DNA from: Spirochaetia bacterium
GTDB lineage: Bacteria; Spirochaetota; Spirochaetia; SZUA-6; Bin103
Assembly: GCA_965198005.1 (NCBI GenBank)
Contig: CBDAOI010000002.1
Location: forward strand, 512,001 to 576,000
DNA length: 64,000 nt
Direction of reading: 5' to 3'
Position numbers and translations under genes: made by a program
In this document: in pieces, positions 36,525 through 47,002 of the stretch
Layout: the number at the start of each line of letters is the position of its first letter
Position numbering within the stretch: position 1 is the stretch's first letter
Notes under the pieces: model-generated
The model's input: the letters and a program-made list of their open reading frames with translations, nothing else
Told to the model about the DNA's origin: nothing
Databases searched by the model: none

Positions 36525-38471
36525 TCACGGCGCCGCCACGGACTGGTCCGCCCGGCTCCGCTCCAGCTCCTCCCACGCTGCCGTGGTCGCCTGCTGGGCC
36601 CTGGTGTTGGCCTGCAGTTCCTGCTTCAACTTACGCACGCACGCGCCGTCCGTGTACACCGCCGGGTCGCTCAGCGCCGCCTGCAGCCGGTGCTCCGCCG
36701 CCTGCAGCCGGTCCAGCTCGCTCAGCAGCTCCTGCTCGCGGCGGAGCAGCGCCGCCCGCTGCCGCTCGCGGCGCCGGCCGGCGGCGGCGTCCCGCGCCCC
36801 GCGCCCACCGCCGCCGGCACCCGCCGCGCGCCTGCCGTCCGCCGCCGGCGTGCCCGATGCGGCGCCCGCCGTCGCCGCTTTCTTCCAGCAGTAGTAGTCC
36901 CAGTCGCCGTGGTACAGCCGCACCCGGTCCCGGCCAACCTCCAGCACGCGCGTGGCCAGGCGCGCGATGAAGTACTCGTCGTGCGAGACGAACACCAGCG
37001 TGCCGGCGTAGCGGCGCAGCGCCTGCGTGAGGATCTGGATCGCGCTCAGGTCGAGGTGGCCGGTCGGCTCGTCCAGCAGCAGCAGGTTGGCCGGCTGCAG
37101 GAGCAGCCGCACCAGCGCGACCCGGCTGCGTTCGCCGCCGCTCAGCACCGCCAGCGGCTTGAACACCGCGTCGCCGCTGAACAGAAAGGCACCGAGCACA
37201 TTGCGCAGCCGCGGCATCAGGTCGGCCGGCGCCAGCGCCTCCACCTCCTCCAGCACCGTGTGCGTGCCGGTGAGCCGTTCGGCCCGGTCCTGAGCGAAGT
37301 ATCCCACGGTGACGCCGGTGCCGAGACTCACGCGTCCCGCCTGCAGCGGCGCCGCGCCGGCCAGCGCGCGCATCAGGGTGGACTTGCCCACCCCGTTCTC
37401 GCCCACCAGCGCCAATCGTTCGCCTCGGTCCAGCTCCAGATCCAGGCCGTCGATCACCCGCCGCGGGCCGTAGGCCAGGCTCACCCCGCTGGCGCTCAAC
37501 GCGCGCCGGCCTCCCTTCGGCGCCGGCGGGAAGCTGAACGAGACGTGTGGCTGCACCGGCGGCGGCTCCAGCCGTTCCAGCCGCTCCAGGTGCTTGACGC
37601 GGCTTTGCACCATGCGCGCCTTGGAGGAGTTGGCGCGGAACTTGCGCACGAACGCCTCCATGCGCGCGATCTCTTCCTGCTGCCGCTCGTACGCGGCGGC
37701 CATCTGGTCCAGCTCCTGCTCGCGCCGCTTGAGGTACGCCGAGAACGTGCCGGGGAAGCTGCGCAGCCGGCCGCGGTAGATCTCGGCCACCTCGGTACAG
37801 GTACGATCCATCAACATGCGGTCGTGCGCGACCAGCAGGTAGGAACCGGGATAGGAGCGCAGGTAGCCCTCGAGCCACTGCCGCGCCTCCAGGTCGAGGT
37901 AGTTGGAGGGCTCGTCGAGGAGCAGCAGGTCGGGACGCTGCAACAGCAGCTTGGCGAGTGCAATCCGCATCTGCCAACCGGCGGAGAAGGTGGCGGTATC
38001 GTTGCCGGCGTCGCCCGGCCGGAAGCCGAGCCCGCGGCTTACGCGGTCGCAACGCGCGGCGCGCGCGGCCGCCCCGTCCAGGTTTACCCGCTCGCTGAGC
38101 CGGCCGTAGCGGTCGAGCAGCTTCTCGATGATGCGCTCGTCGGAGGCGGCCGCCAGCTCTTCCTCGAGCGCCCGCAGCTCCCGTTCCGCGTGCAGCTCGT
38201 CGGCAAAGGCGAGGTCCAGCTCCGCCTGCAGGGTACGGCCGTGGTGGGCGATGCCGGACTGCGCCAGATAGCCGATCCTGATGCCGCGCCGCGGTATGAC
38301 GCGGCCGCGGTCGGGCCGGGCCTGACCGGCGATGATCCGCAGCAGCGAGGACTTGCCGCTGCCGTTCGCGCCGCACAACGCGATCCGGCTGCCGGATCCG
38401 ACGCTGAGACCGACGCCGTCCAACACCACCTGCTCGCCATAGGCCAGCGCAATCTCGGAGAGGGTAACCAT
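36525..38471 (-). CDS. ABC-F family ATPase
   Basis: Two NBDs (GANGSGKS, LLDEPSN; GENGVGKS, LSGGE, LLDEPT), no TM segments, C-terminal coiled coil. Confidence 0.93.
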   Translation of the reverse strand: MVTLSEIALAYGEQVVLDGVGLSVGSGSRIALCGANGSGKSSLLRIIAGQARPDRGRVIPRRGIRIGYLAQSGIAHHGRTLQAELDLAFADELHAERELRALEEELAAASDERIIEKLLDRYGRLSERVNLDGAAARAARCDRVSRGLGFRPGDAGNDTATFSAGWQMRIALAKLLLQRPDLLLLDEPSNYLDLEARQWLEGYLRSYPGSYLLVAHDRMLMDRTCTEVAEIYRGRLRSFPGTFSAYLKRREQELDQMAAAYERQQEEIARMEAFVRKFRANSSKARMVQSRVKHLERLERLEPPPVQPHVSFSFPPAPKGGRRALSASGVSLAYGPRRVIDGLDLELDRGERLALVGENGVGKSTLMRALAGAAPLQAGRVSLGTGVTVGYFAQDRAERLTGTHTVLEEVEALAPADLMPRLRNVLGAFLFSGDAVFKPLAVLSGGERSRVALVRLLLQPANLLLLDEPTGHLDLSAIQILTQALRRYAGTLVFVSHDEYFIARLATRVLEVGRDRVRLYHGDWDYYCWKKAATAGAASGTPAADGRRAAGAGGGGRGARDAAAGRRRERQRAALLRREQELLSELDRLQAAEHRLQAALSDPAVYTDGACVRKLKQELQANTRAQQATTAAWEELERSRADQSVAAP

Positions 38472-38490
38472 GGTGCGGCCGGACGCCGGG

Positions 38491-40014
38491 TCAGCCTTCC
38501 TCGACGGCGTCGGCGGCCGGTGCGGGAGCCGGATCCGCCGGCGCGGTAGCGCCGTCTTCCGAGGATGCGGCGCCGGCCTCTGCGGGAGCCGGGTCTGGCG
38601 GCGCGGCGGCGTCGTCTTCCGGGGATGCGTCGCCCGCGCCGGGGTCGGCGGGCGGGTCGCCGGCGGGCGGGTCGCTGAAGGTGAAGAACATCACTACCGC
38701 GGAGCGGCTCACTTCGGCCACCAGGCGCGCCGCCCGGTTGGGCACCGCGGGGGTCAGCCGGACGCCGCCGGAGCCGTACTCCACCAGCAGCGTGAGCTCG
38801 ACCGGTTCGCCCGGGCGGTCGAAGGTGAAGGTGGCCGCGCCGTCGTACGACCCGCCCAACGCCGCCGCCGGGGCATAGCGGAAGTCCACGCTGCCGGACC
38901 CGGCCAGACCGGACGGCACCAGGCCCGGCACCAGCGCGTCGTAGCCGTGCCATTGAAACCGGCGGCCCTCGCGCAGCGTGAAGGTGCCGTAGCTCGAGCT
39001 CGTGAGCTGCGCCCCGCGGCGCATCAGATCGGCGAACAGCAGATCGCGGCGGGCGCGTTCGGCCGCGATCTGCGCCGGCACGTCGCGCTGCAGGTCCAGG
39101 AACTCCGGCGTTACCAGCCGGCCGTCCAGCACGTACGACAGCGCCACGTGGGTATCGCTCAGGACGGTGATGCGAGCCGGGGCCGCGTCGCCGTTGCCGG
39201 CGCCGCCCGGCGGGTGCAGCACGTACACGTTGGCGCCGACGCGCTCGATCTCCCGATAGGGGAACCGGCGCGTACCTCCCTCGCCGACCAGGGTGAACTG
39301 CTGCGCCGCCGGCTCGGGAAACAGACCATAGTCGGCGCGAAACCGCGTGAGGTCGTAGCGGCCGGTGCGGATCATGCCGGAGAAGTAGGCAGGCCGCCAC
39401 ACGGTGGTGAGCACCCGCTCCAGCAGCGGATCGGCGGCGCGCCGCCGGGCGATCTCCGCCTGCGGGTCGCCGTCCGTATCGAGCACGACCAGAAATTCGC
39501 CGAAAGTATGCCCCACGGTGCCGTCCTCCGCGAGCACCTCGTACCAATGGTTCTCGTACACGCCCACCGTGACCGGTTCGTCGCCCCGCCCCACCACCTT
39601 CAGCAGCTCGCCGGGACGCAGCTTGTAGATGATGGCCGCGGTGGCCGACGCCTCCGCCCGGATCGGCAGCCCGCTGCGTTCGGTGTAGGCGTAGGTGGCG
39701 GTAAACGGCGCGTAGGCGGCCGCGAAGGCCGACGCCTGCTCAGCGCCGGCGAACCGCCGGACCCGCCACTGCCGGATGGGCAGCGGCTCGTGCTCGACGC
39801 CGGAGGCGGGGGCGACGCCGGAGGCGGGGGCGGGGATGCGCGCCAGATAGGTCGCTTCCAGCTCCGACTCGTCCATCAGGTCGACGACCGCGCCGGTGGG
39901 CAGCGCGCCGCCGTCGCTCCACACCACCACGCCGTAGCCGATCGGCTCGCGACCGCAGGCGACTGCTACCAGCACCGCAACCACCCCCAACGCGTGGCGG
40001 GTGCGGAAGTTCAT
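38491..40014 (-). CDS. SH3-domain lipoprotein (spirochaete type) with Pro/Ala/Asp-rich tail
   Basis: Lipobox VAVA-C, IGYGVVVWS, GLPIR...YKLRPGE..KV...WYEVLAEDGTVG. Confidence 0.75.
   Translation of the reverse strand: MNFRTRHALGVVAVLVAVACGREPIGYGVVVWSDGGALPTGAVVDLMDESELEATYLARIPAPASGVAPASGVEHEPLPIRQWRVRRFAGAEQASAFAAAYAPFTATYAYTERSGLPIRAEASATAAIIYKLRPGELLKVVGRGDEPVTVGVYENHWYEVLAEDGTVGHTFGEFLVVLDTDGDPQAEIARRRAADPLLERVLTTVWRPAYFSGMIRTGRYDLTRFRADYGLFPEPAAQQFTLVGEGGTRRFPYREIERVGANVYVLHPPGGAGNGDAAPARITVLSDTHVALSYVLDGRLVTPEFLDLQRDVPAQIAAERARRDLLFADLMRRGAQLTSSSYGTFTLREGRRFQWHGYDALVPGLVPSGLAGSGSVDFRYAPAAALGGSYDGAATFTFDRPGEPVELTLLVEYGSGGVRLTPAVPNRAARLVAEVSRSAVVMFFTFSDPPAGDPPADPGAGDASPEDDAAAPPDPAPAEAGAASSEDGATAPADPAPAPAADAVEEG
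38521..38640. repeat. 60-bp imperfect tandem duplication in the SH3 protein tail
   Basis: TGCGGGAGCCGG...GTCTTCCG.GGATGCG occurs at 38521 and at 38581. Confidence 0.75.
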
Positions 40015-41300
40015 GCGCGGCCGACACCGTCCGCGCCATACCCGGCCGCAGGATAGGCCAACGCCCGCACCGGCACCTGCAACATCTGCCCCGGATGCAG
40101 GGTGCCGTTCGGTCGCAACCGGTTGGCGGCCGCCAGCGCCTCCACGGTGGTGTCGAAGCGGCGCGCGATGAGCCACAGGGAGTCGCCGCGCGCCACCCGG
40201 TACCGGCCTTCGAACGGGCGCTCCTCGGCGTGCGGCGCGGCGGCGGTGCCCGGATCCACGCCGTTCATCAGCGGGATGAGCAGTCCGTTTCCGACGCGCA
40301 GCTTGCGCGGGTTCACGCCGCGGTTGAACTGGCGGATCATCCCGACGTTGACCTGGAACGCCTCGGCCAGCTCCGAAATGGTGTCGCCGCTGCGGATCAC
40401 GTGCCAGTGCAACCGCACCAGCACGCCGTCGGCGTCTTCCAGTACCTCCGTGAACCGGTCGTAGGTATGCGCCGGAACCTTGAGCCGGTACGGCTCCGAG
40501 CGGGGCGCGGGCGGGGTGAGACCGTACACCAGCTCCGCGTTGGCCCGTTCCAGCAGGATCAACGGCACCTCCGCCAGCGTGCCGAGCAACCCCAGCTCGA
40601 TGCCCGCCGGCACCTCCAACTGCCGCCACTGCGTCATCAAGTCCACCGGCGGCAGCGCCCCCGGAAACGTGCGCACCGCCCGTAGGAACCCGTAGAACCG
40701 GGGAACGAATTCGCGCGTCTCGCGCGGCAGCAGGCCGCGCCGGCTCAGCTCCCAGTAGTCGCCGCTGCCGGCCGCCCGCACCACGCGCCGGATCCGCCCG
40801 AGACCGGCGTTGTAGGCGGCGAGCGCCAACTCCCAACTGCCCAGCTCGGCGTAGTTCCGGTCGAGGATGCGCAACGCGACGTCGGTCGCCTTCCAGAAGT
40901 CGAGTCGCTCGTCGATCAACTCATTGATCGCCAGGCCGTACAGGCGCGCGGTCGCCGGCATGAGCTGCCACAGCCCTGCCGCGCCCGCCCAGGAGGTGGC
41001 GTCGCTGGCGTACGCCGACTCGATCGCCGGCAGAAACAGCAGCTCCGGCGGCATGCCGCGGCGCTCGATCTCGGCCAGTACGTAGCCGCCGTAGAACCCG
41101 CTGAGGTCGATCATCCGCAGCATCCAGGGCCGCCAGTTGGTACTCCGGTAGCGCCTGGCGTAGTGCTCGACCCGCGGGTCGTCGGGAATCTCGAACAGCT
41201 TCGGCACGGCCGCGGAGCCGGTTTGCGCAGCCACGGGCAGGTGGGTGGCGGCCAGCAACAGCAGCGCCGCCGCCGGCACGGACAGAGGGCGCGGACTCAT
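40011..41300 (-). CDS. MltD-like lytic murein transglycosylase with two LysM domains
   Basis: LPAIES, AAGLWQLMP, LAAYNAG, ETREFVP; HVIRSGDT, YRVARGDSLW.IARRF. Confidence 0.92.
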   Translation of the reverse strand: MSPRPLSVPAAALLLLAATHLPVAAQTGSAAVPKLFEIPDDPRVEHYARRYRSTNWRPWMLRMIDLSGFYGGYVLAEIERRGMPPELLFLPAIESAYASDATSWAGAAGLWQLMPATARLYGLAINELIDERLDFWKATDVALRILDRNYAELGSWELALAAYNAGLGRIRRVVRAAGSGDYWELSRRGLLPRETREFVPRFYGFLRAVRTFPGALPPVDLMTQWRQLEVPAGIELGLLGTLAEVPLILLERANAELVYGLTPPAPRSEPYRLKVPAHTYDRFTEVLEDADGVLVRLHWHVIRSGDTISELAEAFQVNVGMIRQFNRGVNPRKLRVGNGLLIPLMNGVDPGTAAAPHAEERPFEGRYRVARGDSLWLIARRFDTTVEALAAANRLRPNGTLHPGQMLQVPVRALAYPAAGYGADGVGRA

Positions 41301-42376
41301 AGCTTCTCACCGAAGAAAATGCCGGCCCACTCCCACCGACCGTCGATCTCGGGATCGGCCTTGAAGTCGATCTTTCGGAAATACAGGTACCAGGTCTTTA
41401 CCCGATACGACCAGCCCGTGGTACGCAGAAACGCCTCGCCGGCGTTGGAATCGGGGTCCAGCTCGCTGTCGAACTGCACGCGCGACAGCGGAAACGCCGC
41501 CAAGTCGAACACGCGCGCGACGTTCTCGTCGGCGACCTGCTGCTCCCAGGTCATGGCAAAGAACCCCGAGCCGGCACGCAGCCGGCGCAACGCCCGTCCG
41601 TCGCGCCGCCTGATTGCTTGTTTGACCGCGCTCACCAAGGTATCCAGGTCCTCCACTACCCAACTCTTGTCCGAGTAGTGGAAGTTAACTTTATTTTGCA
41701 CGTCCGCATAGGCATTTGGAAAACCCGGAATCACGGTCTCCGGGTATTGGAGGAACACGCTGTCGGCCTGCACCGCCTGCTCCCACTCGCCGAGCGCCTC
41801 GTACGCGCGCGCGAGAAAGAAGTGGCTGCGGCCGAGGTCGATCGCGTCGCTGAACCGGCTGATCAGCTCCTGGTACAACACCACCAGCCGGTGCGGGTCG
41901 CGTTCCAGGGCGATGAGCTGGTCGAGCGCGGAGCGGTGGATCGACAGTCCACGCACCAGCGCGTCCGGGTAGTTGCGCAGAATCCGTTCGTAGTAGTGCG
42001 CGACCAGCGGAGCGGAGCCCAGCTCGCGGTACCCCTCAGCCACCGACATCAGGTAGAACGAGTTGTACGGATCGGTCGGATGCGCCTCGACGTAGGAGGT
42101 GAGGAACAGGATCCGGCGCCGCGGGGCGCCCGCCGCCCGCAGCACCTTGGAGATCTCCTGCACGACCATGAACCGCTGCTCGGGGCCGCCCTGCTCCTGC
42201 TCCAGCAGGCCGGCCAGTTCCTGCAACCGCTGGTCGTAGTGGCGGTTGCCGGTCCGGTAGTGGGGCTGGTGCTGGCCGCCGCAGCCGGCCACCGCCGCGA
42301 CCAGCGCCGCGACGGCCAGCCGCCGGATCAGCCTAGCGCCCCGAAACCGTCGCCTGTGGCGCCGCTTTCGGCCCAT
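41297..42376 (-). CDS. TPR-containing lipoprotein
   Basis: Lipobox AVAG-C; helical repeats; C-terminal WYLYFRK...WEWAGI motif. Confidence 0.7.
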   Translation of the reverse strand: MGRKRRHRRRFRGARLIRRLAVAALVAAVAGCGGQHQPHYRTGNRHYDQRLQELAGLLEQEQGGPEQRFMVVQEISKVLRAAGAPRRRILFLTSYVEAHPTDPYNSFYLMSVAEGYRELGSAPLVAHYYERILRNYPDALVRGLSIHRSALDQLIALERDPHRLVVLYQELISRFSDAIDLGRSHFFLARAYEALGEWEQAVQADSVFLQYPETVIPGFPNAYADVQNKVNFHYSDKSWVVEDLDTLVSAVKQAIRRRDGRALRRLRAGSGFFAMTWEQQVADENVARVFDLAAFPLSRVQFDSELDPDSNAGEAFLRTTGWSYRVKTWYLYFRKIDFKADPEIDGRWEWAGIFFGEKL

Positions 42377-42417
42377 CCCCACCTGCCTTCAGGAGTCTGT
42401 CGCGGTCCGACAGACTC

Positions 42418-43038
42418 CTAAAGCTCGATCGCGAGGCCGATCCACACGCCCAGATTGAACCCGCTGAGCTGGGTCAGGTTGATCTTGTTGTCGTTGGCCC
42501 GGCCGTCGTTGATCTCCCCCACGCCGTCGAACAGGGGGAAGGAGTAGGTTCCGCTGATCTGCGGCGCCAGCGACACGTTGCCCCACGCCACGCGGTACCC
42601 CAGATGCACGCGGCCGCCGAGCACCATGCCGGAAAGCGTGCCCAGGGCCTCGTTGGTCGCGGCACTTGCCTGGGCGTAGCCGCCGCTGGCGGCGAACCCG
42701 GCATAGGGCCCCTCCGGCGCGTCGCCGGACAGGTAGTAGTTGACGCCGATCGCGCCGCCCAGGTACCAGACCGACCAGTCGCCCGTCGGTCGTTCGGTAA
42801 CCAGGTACAGCAGGCTCAGCCGCTGGTTGCTATAGCGCGGTTCGATGAACCAGCTCCACTCGTAGTCGATGGTCGACTCGAACGAGGCCGTGTAGACGCC
42901 CTGCAGCGCCGGTCCGACCGGGTCGATGCTGATCAGCGACCGCGGCCCATCCATGTCCGCGAACCCGAGGGTGGCGGTACCGAGAACCAGCGCCGCGACG
43001 GCGCCGGCAACGCGTAGCGTTCGTAGTAGGTAGCTCAC
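42418..43038 (-). CDS. Putative outer-membrane beta-barrel protein (DUF3575-like)
   Basis: Signal peptide, alternating amphipathic beta strands, C-terminal strand GFNLGVWIGLAIEL. Confidence 0.6.
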   Translation of the reverse strand: MSYLLRTLRVAGAVAALVLGTATLGFADMDGPRSLISIDPVGPALQGVYTASFESTIDYEWSWFIEPRYSNQRLSLLYLVTERPTGDWSVWYLGGAIGVNYYLSGDAPEGPYAGFAASGGYAQASAATNEALGTLSGMVLGGRVHLGYRVAWGNVSLAPQISGTYSFPLFDGVGEINDGRANDNKINLTQLSGFNLGVWIGLAIEL

Positions 43039-43082
43039 GTACTGTATGTACCACGCCTCCTCATGGCGGGTCAACCGCAGCG

Positions 43083-43106
43083 TACCGTAGTACCGTAGTA
43101 CCGTAG
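43083..43106. repeat. Perfect tandem repeat (TACCGTAG)x3 in a divergent promoter region
   Basis: Seen directly in the sequence. Confidence 0.9.
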
Positions 43107-43235
43107 GCACGGTCACTCCACGTGGGGCCGGCCTCAGGCGAGGGTCGCGCGGAGCGCGCCGAGCGCGTTTGCCTCGACCGCGAGCGGCGGACTACACTCA
43201 CAACCGGCGCGGAACGGGCGCCGCCGGGAGGAAGC

Positions 43236-44450
43236 GTGGGCCAGTACATCACCATGGGCCGGGCCGGACTGGAGGTTCCGGACCATCCGCTCGTTCCGTT
43301 CATCGAAGGCGACGGGACCGGGCCCGACATCTGGGCCGCGGCGGTGCGCGTGTTCGACGCCGCGGTGCGGCGGGCGTACGGCGGCCGCCGGGCGGTCGCG
43401 TGGACCGAGGTGCTGGCCGGGCAGAAGGCGTTCGACGCCACCGGAAGCTGGCTGCCGGAAGCCACCGGAAACGCGTTTCGCGACCACCTGGTCGGCATCA
43501 AGGGGCCGCTCACCACTCCCGTGGGCGGCGGGATCCGCAGTCTGAACGTGGAGTTGCGCCAGCGCCTGGACCTGTACGTGTGCCTGCGGCCGATCAAGTA
43601 CTATCCCGGCGTGCCGTCGCCGGTGCGCGCGCCGGAGCAGGTGGACATGGTGGTGTTCCGGGAGAACACGGAGGACGTGTACGCGGGCTTCGAGCTGGCC
43701 GCGGAGACTCCCGCGGCGCGCAAGCTGCTGCGCTTCCTGCAGGAGGAGATGGGCTGGTCGATACGCCCCGACTCCGGCGTCGGCATCAAGCCGATCTCGC
43801 GTAGCGGCACCGCGCGCCTGGTCCAGGCCGCGATCGACTACGCCATCCGCAACCAGCGCCGGAGCGTCACCCTGGTCCACAAGGGCAACATCCAGAAGTT
43901 CACCGAGGGCGCGTTCCGCGAGTGGGGCTACCAGGTGGCCGCCGAGCAGTACCCGGACGCGACCGTGACCTGGGACCAGGTCGACGGCGAGGTGCCGCCG
44001 GGCAAGGTGCTGATCAAGGACACCATCGCCGACATCTTTCTGCAGCAGGTGCTGACCCGGCCGGCCGAGTTCGACGTAGTGGCCACCATGAACCTCAACG
44101 GCGATTACATCTCCGACGCGCTCGCTGCCCAGGTGGGGGGCATCGGCATCGCGCCGGGGGCCAACATCAACTATCGGACGGGGCACGCCATTTTCGAGGC
44201 CACGCACGGCACGGCGCCCAAGTACGCGGGCCGGAACGTGATCAACCCGTCGTCGGTAATCCTGTCGGGGGCGATGCTGTTCGAGTACCTGGGTTGGGAC
44301 GAGGCGGCGCGCCTGATCGACGGCGCGCTGACCCGGACCATCGGCGAGAAGCAGGTTACCTACGACTTCGCGCGCCTCATGGACGACGCCACGCGGGTAA
44401 CCACCAGTGCCTTCGCCGACCGCATCATCCACCACGTCGATGCCGCCTGA
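43236..44450 (+). CDS. icd: NADP-dependent isocitrate dehydrogenase
   Basis: [72 protein letters not shown]. Confidence 0.96.
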   Translation: MGQYITMGRAGLEVPDHPLVPFIEGDGTGPDIWAAAVRVFDAAVRRAYGGRRAVAWTEVLAGQKAFDATGSWLPEATGNAFRDHLVGIKGPLTTPVGGGIRSLNVELRQRLDLYVCLRPIKYYPGVPSPVRAPEQVDMVVFRENTEDVYAGFELAAETPAARKLLRFLQEEMGWSIRPDSGVGIKPISRSGTARLVQAAIDYAIRNQRRSVTLVHKGNIQKFTEGAFREWGYQVAAEQYPDATVTWDQVDGEVPPGKVLIKDTIADIFLQQVLTRPAEFDVVATMNLNGDYISDALAAQVGGIGIAPGANINYRTGHAIFEATHGTAPKYAGRNVINPSSVILSGAMLFEYLGWDEAARLIDGALTRTIGEKQVTYDFARLMDDATRVTTSAFADRIIHHVDAA

Positions 44451-44469
44451 CGCCCGGAGACCGTCGCTC

Positions 44470-46464
44470 ATGGCTCTGCGTTCGGCCCCGCCCCGCGACC
44501 CGACCTGCCATCCGACCTGCCATCCGCGCCGGCCCCGGTGGACCTTCCTGCTGGGGGTTGCGCTGCTGCCGCTGGCCGGCCTGCCGGCCGCAGCCACGCC
44601 GGCCGCGCAGACACCCGAGGGGCAGCAGCCGGAAGCGGCCGCGGCGGCGCCGGTGGTGGGCGCCGGCTCCCGCTACTACGCGCGTACCCGGCGTGCGGGC
44701 GTGTTCGCCTCCACCGACGGCGGCCGCACCTGGGAGCAGCGCCGCGCCGGCCTGCCGGAGCGCGAGGTGTACCCGTTTCCGGAGCCGCGCGAGTACGCCC
44801 ACATCACCTCGCTGAGCGCCGATCCGACCGATCCGCGGCGCCTCGCCGCCACCACCGCCGCCGGCATCTGGCTGAGCGAGGACGGCGGCGAAGCGTGGCT
44901 GCGGGTGGCGACCGCCCCGCCGATCCGGCACACCGCCTACTTCACCAGCGTGGCGCTCTCCCCGCACGACGCGGATACGCTGCTGCTGGGCACCTCGTTC
45001 CACGGCCTGTACCAAAGCCGCGACCGGGGCGCGAGCTGGCACCGCGTCGCGGTCGGCCTGCCGTTCCTGACCGAGGGAGCGCTGTTCTACGAAGAGGTGG
45101 CGGCGGTGGGCTACGATCCGCTACGGCCGCGCGCACTGGCGCTGGCCGCCGGGTTCGACGGCGGGATCTTCTACAGTCCCGACCGGACGGCGCCCGACAC
45201 TTGGCGGCGCTATCCGCCGCCGGCGGCGGGCATCACCGACCTGCGGTTCGTCCCGAGCCGGACCGGGTGGACGCTGGAGGTGGCCAACGGCCGGGCCCGG
45301 TGGCGGCTCCGGGCCGACGGCACCTGGAGCCCGGCCATCCCGCTGCCGCCATTCTCCCGGCAGGACGAGCCGGCGCCGGCAGTGGCGCCGCGGGCAGCGG
45401 CCGCGCAGCGGCACGGCATCTACCTGCGCGCGGACACGGCGGCCTGGCAACTGCCGGAGGCGCTGGCGTTCCTGCGGCAGCACGGCCTCGACTCACTGGT
45501 GGTGGACTTCAAGGACGATGCCGGCAACGTGGCCTACGATTCACGACTGCCGCTCGCGCACGAGCTGGGCGCGGTTGACGGCAGAATCGACCTGGATCGC
45601 CTGGTGGCGCAGGCGCACGCGGCGGGCATCTACCTGATCGGGCGGCTGGTGGTGTTCAAGGACCGGCCCCTGTACCAGTGGGACAACCACCGGCTGGCGG
45701 TGTGGGACCGCGAACGCGATTCGCCGTGGGGCCACGTCGTCCCGCACGCGCCGGGCGACGAGCCGGACGAAGCGAACGAGGCGGATTCGCCCGCCGGCGC
45801 GCAGCTCGAGTTCTGGGTCGATCCGTTCGCGCGCGAGGTGTGGGAGTACAACGCCGCGGTGGCCGCCGAGCTGGCCGACCGCGGGGTGGACGAGATCCAG
45901 TTCGACTACGTGCGATTTCCCTCCGACGGTCCCCTGGCGCAGGCCCACTACCGCCATCGGCGCCCCGGCATGGACAAGATCGACGCGATCGAGTCGTTCC
46001 TGGCGGTGGCGCGCGAGCAGGTGGACGCGCCGATCGGTGCCGATCTGTTCGGCTTCAGCTCCTGGCACCGCACCGGCAACTGGATCGGACAGAACATCGA
46101 GATCTTCTCGGAGTACGTCGACGTGATCAGCCCGATGTTCTACCCGTCCCATTTCCCCGCGACGTTCATGGAGGAGATTGCCTATCTTGACCGTGCGTAC
46201 CGGGTGTACGCCGACGGTGTGCGCCGGGCAAAACACTTGGTGCAGGGGCGCAGCTACATTCGCCCGTACGTACAGGCGTTCCTGATCGGGCGCGAGTTGG
46301 AGATGGAACCGGAGGGCTACGGCCGCTACCTGACCCGTCAGCTCGAGGGCAACCGGACGGCGGGCGCGTCCGGGTTCACGCTGTGGAACGCTTCGAACAG
46401 GTATTACATGGTCACCGAGCCGCTACAACCGTACCTCGGTACCGGAGGAGAGGACACATCATGA
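44470..46464 (+). CDS. Secreted BNR/beta-propeller + putative glycoside hydrolase (DUF4015-like) protein
   Basis: S.DGG..W Asp-box repeats; VVDFKDD.G, YLIGRLVVFKD, WVDP, DEIQFDYVRFP, SPMFYPSH. Confidence 0.8.
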   Translation: MALRSAPPRDPTCHPTCHPRRPRWTFLLGVALLPLAGLPAAATPAAQTPEGQQPEAAAAAPVVGAGSRYYARTRRAGVFASTDGGRTWEQRRAGLPEREVYPFPEPREYAHITSLSADPTDPRRLAATTAAGIWLSEDGGEAWLRVATAPPIRHTAYFTSVALSPHDADTLLLGTSFHGLYQSRDRGASWHRVAVGLPFLTEGALFYEEVAAVGYDPLRPRALALAAGFDGGIFYSPDRTAPDTWRRYPPPAAGITDLRFVPSRTGWTLEVANGRARWRLRADGTWSPAIPLPPFSRQDEPAPAVAPRAAAAQRHGIYLRADTAAWQLPEALAFLRQHGLDSLVVDFKDDAGNVAYDSRLPLAHELGAVDGRIDLDRLVAQAHAAGIYLIGRLVVFKDRPLYQWDNHRLAVWDRERDSPWGHVVPHAPGDEPDEANEADSPAGAQLEFWVDPFAREVWEYNAAVAAELADRGVDEIQFDYVRFPSDGPLAQAHYRHRRPGMDKIDAIESFLAVAREQVDAPIGADLFGFSSWHRTGNWIGQNIEIFSEYVDVISPMFYPSHFPATFMEEIAYLDRAYRVYADGVRRAKHLVQGRSYIRPYVQAFLIGRELEMEPEGYGRYLTRQLEGNRTAGASGFTLWNASNRYYMVTEPLQPYLGTGGEDTS

Positions 46465-46946
46465 AGGTGCCGCAACCCCCGCGACGGATCGGCCGATGGT
46501 GGGAGCGCCTGCGGGCCGTGGCCGGCGCCGCGCTCACGATCGGCGGCGGCGCGGCCGTACTGGGCTGCGCGAGCGACTTGCCGCCGCTGGACGCCGACCT
46601 TACCCCCGCGGAGTTCTTTCAGGCCGCGCAGGAGGCTACCGCGCAGGGCCGCTACGACCGCGCGATCGGCTACTACCAGACGTACCGGCAGCGGTACGGC
46701 ACCGATCCGGCGCCGGACCAAGTCGACCGTCTGCTGTGGGCCGACTACGAGATAGCCTTTCTCCACCACAAGAAGGGCGACGACGAGACCGCGTTGCTGC
46801 TGCTGCACGAGCTGGTTCAGCGCTACGCGCAACCCCAAGCCGTGAACTACTCCGCGGCGCCGCGGGTCATGGCGCAACGCGTGATCGCGGAGCTGGAAGG
46901 CACCGCGGACGCGCCGCCGCCACCCGCACCGGAAGCGGAATCGTAG
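46461..46946 (+). CDS. BamD/TPR-like small lipoprotein
   Basis: Lipobox VLG-C; PAEFFQAAQEA...A..YY...YEIAFLHHK; ATGA overlap with the upstream gene. Confidence 0.65.
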   Translation: MKVPQPPRRIGRWWERLRAVAGAALTIGGGAAVLGCASDLPPLDADLTPAEFFQAAQEATAQGRYDRAIGYYQTYRQRYGTDPAPDQVDRLLWADYEIAFLHHKKGDDETALLLLHELVQRYAQPQAVNYSAAPRVMAQRVIAELEGTADAPPPPAPEAES

Positions 46947-47002
46947 TCGGCGCGCGGGCGCCGCGGTAAAGCGGCAGGCAACATGGGGCTGTTGCTCAGG
47001 TC

